Assembly: GCA_944358235.1 (NCBI GenBank)
Contig: CALVQL010000002.1
Coordinates: 1 to 44,892, forward strand
Direction of reading: 5' to 3'
DNA: 44,892 nt
DNA from: an uncultured Bacilli bacterium
GTDB taxonomy: Bacteria; Bacillota_I; Bacilli_A; RF39; UBA660
In this document: positions 9,575 to 16,566 of the stretch, in pieces
Layout of the letters: each line of letters starts with the position of its first letter
Position numbering within the stretch: the stretch's first letter is position 1
Notes under the pieces: model-generated
Database searches by the model: none
What the model was told of the DNA's origin: nothing
Seen by the model: the letters and a program-made list of their open reading frames with translations, nothing else
Program-made: the position numbers and the translations under genes

Positions 9575-10037
9575 ATCTCTCCTTAATTTTCTTTCTTATA
9601 CTAAATAAATAGAATTTGATATTTGATTCGGTAATATTCAAAATATTACTTATTTTTTTTATTGAAAGGTCTTTTAAATAATATAGGTTAAAAATATTGA
9701 CTTCATTATCGCTTAATCCAATCTTATCTATATCAGAAACTATTTCTCTATATATAATTTTTTCGATGGTTTTATCTTCATATTTACATTCGACATTTTC
9801 ATCATAAAATAGAGTATTCTTTTCTTTAATATATTTTTTCGCTCTGGTACACCACAGATTATAAGCGATTTTCCAAATTAAATTGCTCATTTTTTCTACT
9901 TTAATATTTTTATTTAAATATTCATATATAGCCAAGAAAATATCGTTAGTTAGATCTTCTGCTTCCTCACGAGTATCCGTCTTTTTTATCGTCCAATTAT
10001 ATATTTTGTCAAAATATTCATCATATATTTTATCCAT
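9564..10037 (-). CDS. ECF-like sigma-70 family RNA polymerase sigma factor
   Basis: 157 aa. Region-2-like EEAEDLTNDIFLAIYEYL and a C-terminal region-4 HTH (LSIKKISNILNITESNIKFYLFSIRKKIK). AGGTG RBS. Confidence 0.7.
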   Translation of the reverse strand: MDKIYDEYFDKIYNWTIKKTDTREEAEDLTNDIFLAIYEYLNKNIKVEKMSNLIWKIAYNLWCTRAKKYIKEKNTLFYDENVECKYEDKTIEKIIYREIVSDIDKIGLSDNEVNIFNLYYLKDLSIKKISNILNITESNIKFYLFSIRKKIKERYDG

Positions 10038-10137
10038 TATTTAACACCTTTCATTAATATAGTATAAATAAATCCTAAATGGTTAGTTATTTTTTTATAA
10101 ATGAAATATTATGATAGTTATGATAATTAGACATATT

Positions 10138-10165
10138 AAAACTCGAAGCATAAATGTTCGAGTTT
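10138..10165 (-). terminator. Rho-independent terminator after tRNA-Leu
   Basis: Minus strand: AAACTCGAA-cat ttatgc-TTCGAGTTT followed by TTAAT. It lies immediately 3' of the tRNA CCA end. Confidence 0.5.
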
Positions 10166-10175
10166 AATAGCAAAT

Positions 10176-10262
10176 TGGTGCCTGCGGCCGGACTTGAACC
10201 GGCACGATATTGCTATCATTGGATTTTGAGTCCAACGCGTCTACCAATTCCACCACGCAGGC
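10176..10262 (-). tRNA. tRNA-Leu (anticodon CAA), class II with long variable arm, CCA encoded
   Basis: 87 nt: GCCTGCGTGGTGGAATTGGTAGACGCGTTGGACTCAAAATCCAATGATAGCAATATCGTGCCGGTTCAAGTCCGGCCGCAGGCACCA. Acceptor stem GCCTGCG/CGCAGGC. Anticodon stem TTGGA/TCCAA with loop CTCAAAA. Variable-arm stem GATA/TATC. T arm GCCGG-TTCAAGT-CCGGC. Confidence 0.95.
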
Positions 10263-10270
10263 ATATAAGT

Positions 10271-10298
10271 ATTATATCATAAAAATGAAATAATACAA
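10271..10298 (-). promoter_or_regulatory. Sigma-A-type promoter for tRNA-Leu
   Basis: Minus strand: TTGTAT (10298-10293), 16 nt spacer, TATAAT (10276-10271). The predicted start falls a few nt before the mature tRNA 5' end. Confidence 0.5.
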
Positions 10299-10913
10299 TT
10301 ATTTTATCACTATTTTTAGAATTTCTACTAATTCGATTGCTTGAATTTGATTGACAATCATCCCTTCGAGAAAACTGGGATTTATTTTAATTCCGGATAT
10401 GTTCGATTCGCTAACATCGATTCCCGTCATCGATGTGTCGATAAAATCAGAATTAGAAAGATTATCATCTAGAAATTCTGGTTTATCAAAAGAAATACTA
10501 TTCCAAGTCGATTCACTCATATTACATTTTTCAAAACGACATTCTTTAATAATAGACGAATCAAAAGTTGCTAGTTGTAGTTGATTTTCCGAATATTCAC
10601 ACCATTTTAAAGAGGCGTTTACAAAACTTACTCCTACCATTCGGCAATTTTCAAAACGACAAGCAACAATTCCTGAATAAAAGAACTGATGATTACTTAA
10701 ATTGCATTTCAGAAATAGACAATTAGAAAATGTGCATTTCTCATTACGATTTAAAAATGTACAGTTTTCAAAAATACACTCTTCAAAATCGATGTATTTC
10801 CAAGATTCATCGAAAGTAATATTATAAAAACGTTTTAATAAGATTGTCGATCCTGTAACTTTGGTAGCATCAGTTAGAACTTGTGGATAGTGGTACTTCA
10901 CTTTCTTCTTCAT
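10299..10913 (-). CDS. Pentapeptide-repeat protein
   Basis: 204 aa of tandem five-residue repeats (…CTFSNCLFLKCNLSNHQFFYSGIVACRFENCRMVGVSFVNASLKWCEYSENQLQLATFDSSIIKECRFEKCNMSES…). The start overlaps the scpB 3' end by 44 nt and the RBS is weak. Confidence 0.75.
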   Translation of the reverse strand: MKKKVKYHYPQVLTDATKVTGSTILLKRFYNITFDESWKYIDFEECIFENCTFLNRNEKCTFSNCLFLKCNLSNHQFFYSGIVACRFENCRMVGVSFVNASLKWCEYSENQLQLATFDSSIIKECRFEKCNMSESTWNSISFDKPEFLDDNLSNSDFIDTSMTGIDVSESNISGIKINPSFLEGMIVNQIQAIELVEILKIVIK

Positions 10914-11472
10914 CTTTATATATCGAAGTAAACAAATCCGTTTCCTTCTCTCCTTCTATGGTTTGATCAATTTTAGGTAACTCATCAAGCGTAGCTAAAC
11001 CAAAATAATCGAGGAAATCACTAGTCGTACAATACAGATTTGGACGTCCTGGCAAATCGGATTTGCCGGATTCTTTCAATAAACCTTTCGCAACGAGTTT
11101 GCGAATTAGATGGCCACTTGCTACACCTCGTAATTCGCTTATTTCAGTAGCTGTTATCGGCTGATTGTATGCAACTATTGCGAGAGTCTCTAAAGAAGCT
11201 TGACTTAAGCGATTAGTTCCAGGATTAACTACTAATTTTTCATAATATGCTCGATGTTCTTGTTTAGTCGTCAATTTAAAGGCATTCCCCAAAAAGGAAA
11301 TTCGAAGGCCCCGATCTGATGCTTCGTAACTTTTCTTGAGTCTAGCTAGTAGTTCTTTAGCTTCTTCATCAGTTATTTCCATAACATCAGTTAACGTTTT
11401 TAAATCACAACCTTCGTCTCCCATGACGAAAAGTATTCCTTCTAAGACTCCTAATAAGTCCATAATAATCAC
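10870..11472 (-). CDS. scpB: Segregation and condensation protein B
   Basis: 200 aa. LEGILFVMGDEG…LKKSYEASDRGLRISFLGNAFKLTTKQEH…ETLAIVAYNQPITATEISELRGV matches the ScpB pattern. The start overlaps the scpA stop by 4 nt. Confidence 0.9.
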   Translation of the reverse strand: MIIMDLLGVLEGILFVMGDEGCDLKTLTDVMEITDEEAKELLARLKKSYEASDRGLRISFLGNAFKLTTKQEHRAYYEKLVVNPGTNRLSQASLETLAIVAYNQPITATEISELRGVASGHLIRKLVAKGLLKESGKSDLPGRPNLYCTTSDFLDYFGLATLDELPKIDQTIEGEKETDLFTSIYKDEEESEVPLSTSSN

Positions 11473-12188
11473 TTCATTTCTATCATGATGTCGTCAAAAC
11501 TATGTTCTTGAGTAATATTAATCTCACGATTTTTAGCCATCTCTAAAATCGACAAAAAAGTGACGACGACAAATGGTTTGGTAATCGTCGTAAATAGTTC
11601 ACTGAACCCACATCGATGAACAGTTTTTAAAAGACGACGGATATCATTAGTGCGCTCTGCTACACTAAGCTCTTTTTTCGTTATTTTAGTATTTAATGGA
11701 CGACTTAGTTTTTGACGTTCTAAAAATAGATTAAAAGCCGCTACTAGATCGTCAATCGAGACATCACCAGGAAGAACAGTCTCGTTACGATATTCATGTA
11801 AATCACTAGGTATTTTGGTATAAACTTCACCTCGAATCTCTTCAAGTTCGCGAAATTCGCGCGTAAGTTCTTTAACTTTCTGATATTCGAGTAGTTTATC
11901 GCGTAGATCTTCAGCTGAATTCAGTTCGTATTCAGAATCTTCAGTTTCGTCTTTACGGTTTAAAAGTAAACGACTTTTTAGATGAATTAATTCAGCCGCC
12001 ATAACTAAGTATTCACTTGCAATATCCATCGATAGATTTTTAGTTGTATTTATAAAATCGAGATATTGTTTGGTAATACTTTCAATGTTTATCTCATAAA
12101 TATCCATTTTACTACATCTAATTAAATGCAATAAAAGGTCCAAAGGACCTTCAAAATCATTGATACAAAAATTATAGGTCACTCGCAA
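11469..12188 (-). CDS. scpA: Segregation and condensation protein A (kleisin)
   Basis: 239 aa, TTG start. N-terminal FEGPLDLLLHLIRCSKMDIYEINIESITKQYLDFI is the ScpA hallmark. Confidence 0.9.
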   Translation of the reverse strand: MRVTYNFCINDFEGPLDLLLHLIRCSKMDIYEINIESITKQYLDFINTTKNLSMDIASEYLVMAAELIHLKSRLLLNRKDETEDSEYELNSAEDLRDKLLEYQKVKELTREFRELEEIRGEVYTKIPSDLHEYRNETVLPGDVSIDDLVAAFNLFLERQKLSRPLNTKITKKELSVAERTNDIRRLLKTVHRCGFSELFTTITKPFVVVTFLSILEMAKNREINITQEHSFDDIMIEMK

Positions 12189-13156
12189 TCATATCCTTTA
12201 CCTTCAAGAGCATAATGGACGACTTTGGCCTCTGTATCTAAATCATAGTATTCATAATCCACTAAGGTTTCAGGATATGTAAATCCTGGTGTTTCCAAAT
12301 TTATATTAGCACTATAAGTAAAACCATCAGCGACCTCTTCAACAGTAGCAAGATCCCCTAATAAGGCCTTTTTAGAGTCATATGAGCTCTTCAAATTTAG
12401 ATACTCATCAGTTGCAGCACTATCAAATGTTACATGAACAGTATCGCGAATATTGATTAAATAATTATTCATGAAAGTATATTCAAGAGTTCGATTATCT
12501 TTAGTGCATGTGAATCCGCCAATTCCCGATTCGTCAGTTGCAAGTTCGATTGCCGGATAGTCATCTTTAGTCATTTCGACGACTTTTCCAAAATAACTAT
12601 AATTTGAGTTGAAGTTTAAATCATTTGCAGTTAATGCAACTTGTGTCTCTTGATAATCTAAAGTGCCGGTCAATTTGATGGCTGCTAATAAATTATTACT
12701 ATTAGAATATATTTCAAGATAATATTCAGTCTCATCGAGATTAAGTAAATCATTATAACTATACATAGTACAATTAATTGTGCCACCAGATAAAGAGAAA
12801 TCCTTCATTATAAGGTTTTCAAACTTCATAGCCGTTGTCGATACTAGAGGTTGCTCTACACTTCCATCCAAAAATTCACTAGTTGGAGTTGGAGTTTCTG
12901 GAGATATCACTTCTCCTACATCACCATATATTAATTGATATAATGCACTGTTTTCATCATTTAACATCGAAGTTACAATGGGTAAAGCGATTAATACTAT
13001 GATAAATAGGCCAAAAATTTCCAAAACTAAAATCGGGCGTCCAATTTTATCTTTTCGTAATTCTCCAATAACTTCGGCATTGACAGTTCTAGGGTCAACG
13101 GCATTATTAACTGAAGAATTATTTACATTACCATTATTTATCTCATTTTGATTCAT
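12179..13156 (-). CDS. Membrane-anchored extracytoplasmic protein, function unknown
   Basis: 325 aa. Asn-rich N-terminus, one TM (ILVLEIFGLFIIVLIALPIV), a Pro/Thr linker (SPETPTPTSEF), then a ~230-aa domain. GGGG RBS. Its end overlaps the scpA start. Confidence 0.6.
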   Translation of the reverse strand: MNQNEINNGNVNNSSVNNAVDPRTVNAEVIGELRKDKIGRPILVLEIFGLFIIVLIALPIVTSMLNDENSALYQLIYGDVGEVISPETPTPTSEFLDGSVEQPLVSTTAMKFENLIMKDFSLSGGTINCTMYSYNDLLNLDETEYYLEIYSNSNNLLAAIKLTGTLDYQETQVALTANDLNFNSNYSYFGKVVEMTKDDYPAIELATDESGIGGFTCTKDNRTLEYTFMNNYLINIRDTVHVTFDSAATDEYLNLKSSYDSKKALLGDLATVEEVADGFTYSANINLETPGFTYPETLVDYEYYDLDTEAKVVHYALEGKGYDCE

Positions 13157-13188
13157 CGGTATCCCCTCAATTCTCTATTTTATTATAG

Positions 13189-13221
13189 CAAAAAAAATAG
13201 AAAAATAAAACTATTTTTCTA
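13189..13221 (-). terminator. Rho-independent terminator at the miaB 3' end
   Basis: Minus strand: TAGAAAAATA-gttt-TATTTTTCTA followed by TTTTTTTT. The stem overlaps the last miaB codons and the stop. Confidence 0.6.
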
Positions 13222-14617
13222 CTATTCCATCGAGACTAAAACTTTTGGTATCAGTAATCAAAACGGGAGTGATTGTTCCGAGTAAACTTTCATCACATTG
13301 AACATTAACTAACTTCATAGTATCCGTATATCCGTATAACTTAGCACTATCCTTTTCACTCTCTCCTATTAATAATACATTAGTTACCTTATTTAAATAC
13401 TTCTGATTGTTGATAAGTGAGTATTTATTGACAATTTCATTGAGACGGTGAAGGCGATTTTCCTTTTCGCTCATTGGAGTTGTATCGGGCATTTTCGCAG
13501 CCGGCGTTCCTTCACGTGGTGAATAAATAAATGTATAGGCGCCATCAAATTGGCAACGTTCGACGATATCTAATGTATCTAAAAAGTCTGCTTCTGTCTC
13601 ACCAGGGAATCCGACAATGACATCTGTCGTTATAGCAACATTGGGAATTCTTTCTTTTATTTTTTTAAACAATTCCATATATTCTTCCCTTGTATAGCGA
13701 CGTCCCATTAGTTTTAAAATTCGGTCTGATCCGGATTGTAACGGAAGATGAATATACGGCATGATATTTGGATGTTTGCTGATAACGTCGATCATGGCAT
13801 CGGTAAAATTCCAAGGATGACTTGTTACAAAACGAATTCGTTCAATTCCTGTTTTAGCAACATTTTCCAATAATCCGGCAAAATCCAATTCGTCTTCACT
13901 GTCATTTCCGTAGGCATTGACATTCTGTCCGAGTAGAGTTACCTCCTTATAACCTTTTTCCTTTAAACATGAAACTTCTTTTAAAATATCTTTACTTTTT
14001 CGGGAACGTTCTTTTCCGCGCGTATAAGGAACAATACAATAAGTACAGAATTTATCACAACCATACATAATATTGACCCACGCAGTATATTTGCTCGCAC
14101 GTTTATACGACTCCCCTATTTCGAAGACATTTCCTTCATTGCTTTTTACTTCAATATTAAGTCCATTATGAAGATTCATAAGATAATTAGGCAATTCATG
14201 AATATTGTGAGTTCCAAAAACTAAATCGATATATGAATGCTTCTTCATAATTTCTTCAACTACACTACGTTCTTGAGCCATACAACCACATAAAGCGATT
14301 TTTAAGTTTGGATTTTCCTTTTTTAAATGCTTACAGCGACCGAGGAATCCAAATACTTTATCATGAGCGTTTTCTCTTACAGCACAGGTATTTAAAATTA
14401 TTAAATCCGCATTATTCATCTCTTTTGTCTCTTCAAAACCGATATTTTCAAGTAATTGCGAAATTTCTTCGGAATCATGAACATTCATCTGACATCCATA
14501 TGTACGAATATAATACTTTTTTCCTTGAAAATTATCCGTAATCTGTGGTGTTTCATATATATAATCGACATTTTCGCTTGTTCTTTTTTTTGCAGCTTGC
14601 ATATCTGGTAAATTCAT
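13211..14617 (-). CDS. miaB: tRNA-i6A37 methylthiotransferase (radical SAM)
   Basis: 468 aa. UPF0004 N-domain YIRTYGCQMNVHDSE, radical-SAM cluster motif GCDKFCTYCIVPYTRG, C-terminal TRAM region. Confidence 0.9.
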   Translation of the reverse strand: MNLPDMQAAKKRTSENVDYIYETPQITDNFQGKKYYIRTYGCQMNVHDSEEISQLLENIGFEETKEMNNADLIILNTCAVRENAHDKVFGFLGRCKHLKKENPNLKIALCGCMAQERSVVEEIMKKHSYIDLVFGTHNIHELPNYLMNLHNGLNIEVKSNEGNVFEIGESYKRASKYTAWVNIMYGCDKFCTYCIVPYTRGKERSRKSKDILKEVSCLKEKGYKEVTLLGQNVNAYGNDSEDELDFAGLLENVAKTGIERIRFVTSHPWNFTDAMIDVISKHPNIMPYIHLPLQSGSDRILKLMGRRYTREEYMELFKKIKERIPNVAITTDVIVGFPGETEADFLDTLDIVERCQFDGAYTFIYSPREGTPAAKMPDTTPMSEKENRLHRLNEIVNKYSLINNQKYLNKVTNVLLIGESEKDSAKLYGYTDTMKLVNVQCDESLLGTITPVLITDTKSFSLDGIVEK

Positions 14618-14638
14618 AGTATCACTTCCACTTAAGAG

Positions 14639-14667
14639 ATTATAACATGTTTATAAGTAGTTGTAAA
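14639..14667 (-). promoter_or_regulatory. Sigma-A-type promoter for miaB
   Basis: Minus strand: TTTACA (14667-14662), 17 nt spacer, TATAAT (14644-14639). Followed by a GGAAGTG RBS and ATG 14617. Confidence 0.55.
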
Positions 14668-14673
14668 ACAAAC

Positions 14674-14707
14674 AAAAATCTTTACGTTCCTTCTAGTAAA
14701 GATTTTT
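14674..14707 (-). terminator. Rho-independent terminator of the SOS micro-ORF
   Basis: Minus strand: AAAAATCTTTAC-tagaaggaac-GTAAAGATTTTT followed by GTTTGTTTT. It starts 11 nt after the micro-ORF stop. Confidence 0.6.
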
Positions 14708-14717
14708 TCATGTTATT

Positions 14718-14858
14718 CTATTTTTCATAATAAGCAACTGTATTAGTAGTATCGATAGCATTAAGTTCTTTTACACGATTATTAAGCATCGTCATCATAA
14801 GTACTAATACAATTGTAAACAAAATCACCCCTTTATATTCGCTCAAAACATTCTGCAT
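14718..14858 (-). CDS. 46-aa single-TM micro-protein divergent from lexA (candidate SOS-induced division inhibitor)
   Basis: Below the ORF-track size cutoff. ATG 14858-14856, GGGAG 7 nt upstream, TAG 14720-14718. Translation: MQNVLSEYKGVILFTIVLVLMMTMLNNRVKELNAIDTTNTVAYYEK. It has its own LexA-boxed promoter and its own terminator. Confidence 0.6.
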   Translation of the reverse strand: MQNVLSEYKGVILFTIVLVLMMTMLNNRVKELNAIDTTNTVAYYEK

Positions 14859-14882
14859 ATTATCACTCCCTTCGACATTTAT

Positions 14883-14911
14883 AATTTATCACAAACATTT
14901 GTTCGATTCAA
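14883..14911 (-). promoter_or_regulatory. Promoter of the micro-ORF with a LexA (Cheo-type) box in the spacer
   Basis: Minus strand: TTGAAT (14911-14906), 17 nt spacer, TAAATT (14888-14883). The spacer contains box 1 (14892-14905), which reads CGAACAAATGTTTG on the minus strand. The Firmicutes consensus is CGAAC-N4-GTTCG. Confidence 0.6.
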
Positions 14912-14920
14912 GCGTATATA

Positions 14921-14934
14921 CGAACAAATGTTTT
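14921..14934. promoter_or_regulatory. LexA box 2 (CGAACAAATGTTTT)
   Basis: One perfect CGAAC half-site, 4-nt spacer, degenerate GTTTT half. It lies between the two divergent promoters. Confidence 0.5.
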
Positions 14935-14947
14935 AGAACGCGAAAAA

Positions 14948-14987
14948 TAAACGTTTGTTTGACATTTAAACAAATGTTTGCTATATT
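14948..14987 (+). promoter_or_regulatory. lexA promoter with two overlapping degenerate LexA boxes
   Basis: TTGACA (14959-14964), 17 nt spacer, TATATT (14982-14987). Box 3 TAAACGTTTGTTTG (14948-14961) overlaps the -35. Box 4 TAAACAAATGTTTG (14967-14980) fills the spacer. Both keep AAC-N4-GTT. Confidence 0.6.
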
Positions 14988-15003
14988 TCTACTAGGTGAT
15001 AGA

Positions 15004-15630
15004 ATGATTAAAGATTTGACACGCAAGCAGGAAGAAACTTTAACTTTTATAAAGAAATATATGGTTGCTCATGGATATCCGCCTTCAGTTCGTGAGATAT
15101 GTTCGGGAATGAATCTTTCGAGTCCCGCAACAGCTCATAGCCACTTAAAAGAATTGGAAGCTAAAGGATATATCCGTAAAGAAAATGCTAAATTCAGAAC
15201 TATTGAACTTTTAGTCGATAACGAATTCGATGTCCACGAGGAAAAAGAAGATGTCGTATCTGTTCCCCTCCTCGGACGAGTTAGTTGTGGTAATCCAATA
15301 GAAGCTATTGAAAATCCCAATGATTTTTTCACTTTACCGGCCAGTTTAATACCTGCTAAAGAGTCGATATTCACTTTAAAATGTTCCGGCGATTCAATGA
15401 TAAATGTCGGTATATATAGCGGTGATATCGTCATAATTCAAAAACAAAGTGTTGCGCGAAATGGTGATATTGTCGTTGCTATGACGGAAGATAATGAAGT
15501 TACATTAAAGACCTTTTATAAAGAAACAGATCATATAAGATTGCAACCAGAAAATGACGAAATGGCGCCAATCATATTACGAAATTGTACAATTCTCGGT
15601 AAAGCAATCGGGCTTTATCGTAAAATATAA
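15004..15630 (+). CDS. lexA: LexA repressor
   Basis: The track ORF starts at TTG 14899, inside the operator region. ATG 15004 follows AGGTGA and gives MIKDLTRKQEETLTFIKKYMVAHGYPPSVREI (canonical LexA N-terminus). Ser/Lys dyad context present (CSGDSMI; VTLKTFY). The scissile-site region reads VPLLGRVSCGNP. Confidence 0.92.
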   Translation: MIKDLTRKQEETLTFIKKYMVAHGYPPSVREICSGMNLSSPATAHSHLKELEAKGYIRKENAKFRTIELLVDNEFDVHEEKEDVVSVPLLGRVSCGNPIEAIENPNDFFTLPASLIPAKESIFTLKCSGDSMINVGIYSGDIVIIQKQSVARNGDIVVAMTEDNEVTLKTFYKETDHIRLQPENDEMAPIILRNCTILGKAIGLYRKI

Positions 15631-15658
15631 AAAAAGAATTATCGCGATAATTCTTTTT
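15631..15658. terminator. Bidirectional terminator between convergent lexA and the 15639 gene
   Basis: Perfect palindrome AAAAAGAATTATCG/CGATAATTCTTTTT, flanked by an A-run and a T-run. It overlaps the last codons of the minus-strand gene. Confidence 0.7.
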
Positions 15659-16490
15659 TTAATCCCATTTCATTTAGGACTTCTTTGCGTTCGATATCAA
15701 ACTGACGATAGTACTTATAAAATTCCGACGGAATAACGATCTTATGTTCAAAAGCAATTTCTTGCAAAGCACGTTTAATATCGAATGTCCAAATCTTGTG
15801 AAGATAATACTTAAAATAATCATTATTATTAGCTAGTAATTCACAGTTGTGATAAGAAAAAGGAAAGTAAATTAATGGATCGACATAATCGCGCAATGCG
15901 GAATCACAAAAACTACTTTCATAGTCCCATAATGGAGCCATTATAAATGGTTCTTTACTATTATAAGCATATAAAGTGTTTGCGATACGATCACATAAAG
16001 CGGAATAGAAATTGCGAATTAGATAAGAAGTTAATTGACGACGAGTATGTTCGCTTATCGATTTATTTCTATCAATAAGGCATTTCTGAAGGTAGCCAAT
16101 CAACTCAGGAGAAATAGAAATTCCCTTAGCATAATTTTCAGATTGATTCTTGAAATTTTTACTTATAAGTCCGGATAGCTTTCCTTCTTTAGATACTAAA
16201 CTATATCTTATGGTCGGCAAATCCATGTAAAGCGATAATTTCTCGCCTAATAATTCATTAATTAAAACGAAAGCACGATAAACCTCTTTATAATACCAAC
16301 AATCGCCATCGATAAAATACCAATTATCATATTGTTCGAGATCCTCTATCGAAGTCTGTGTCAATTCGGACAACTCTTCATCAGCGGGCAAGTGCATTGC
16401 ACTATTTAAATTCCTAAAGTTTGAATAACCAGTTTGCAAAATAGATATATCATATGCTGCTATGTCATCTAACATCTCCATACATTTCAT
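15639..16490 (-). CDS. Hypothetical protein, possible HipA_C-like kinase fold
   Basis: The track start 16532 lies in the promoter. ATG 16490 follows AAAGGGG. CDRIANTLYAYN…IMAPLWDYESSF resembles the HipA-type catalytic loop (D-x-H-x-x-N, here with Ile for His) and the downstream aP-x-YD motif. The assignment is weak. Confidence 0.4.
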   Translation of the reverse strand: MKCMEMLDDIAAYDISILQTGYSNFRNLNSAMHLPADEELSELTQTSIEDLEQYDNWYFIDGDCWYYKEVYRAFVLINELLGEKLSLYMDLPTIRYSLVSKEGKLSGLISKNFKNQSENYAKGISISPELIGYLQKCLIDRNKSISEHTRRQLTSYLIRNFYSALCDRIANTLYAYNSKEPFIMAPLWDYESSFCDSALRDYVDPLIYFPFSYHNCELLANNNDYFKYYLHKIWTFDIKRALQEIAFEHKIVIPSEFYKYYRQFDIERKEVLNEMGLKKELSR

Positions 16491-16517
16491 AAACTCAACC
16501 CCTTTGAGATGAAAGGT

Positions 16518-16546
16518 ATTATAGCATATCACTAATATATATGCAA
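16518..16546 (-). promoter_or_regulatory. Sigma-A-type promoter for the 15639..16490 gene
   Basis: Minus strand: TTGCAT (16546-16541), 17 nt spacer, TATAAT (16523-16518), with TG at the extended -10 position. Confidence 0.5.
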
Positions 16547-16566
16547 ATTAAAAGATAGTATTACTA

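Noticed and set aside
14899-15003. The 35-codon N-terminal extension of lexA in the ORF track (TTG start at 14899).
   Set aside because: The extension runs through the LexA boxes and the lexA -35/-10 elements. ATG 15004 has an AGGTGA RBS and gives the canonical LexA N-terminus.
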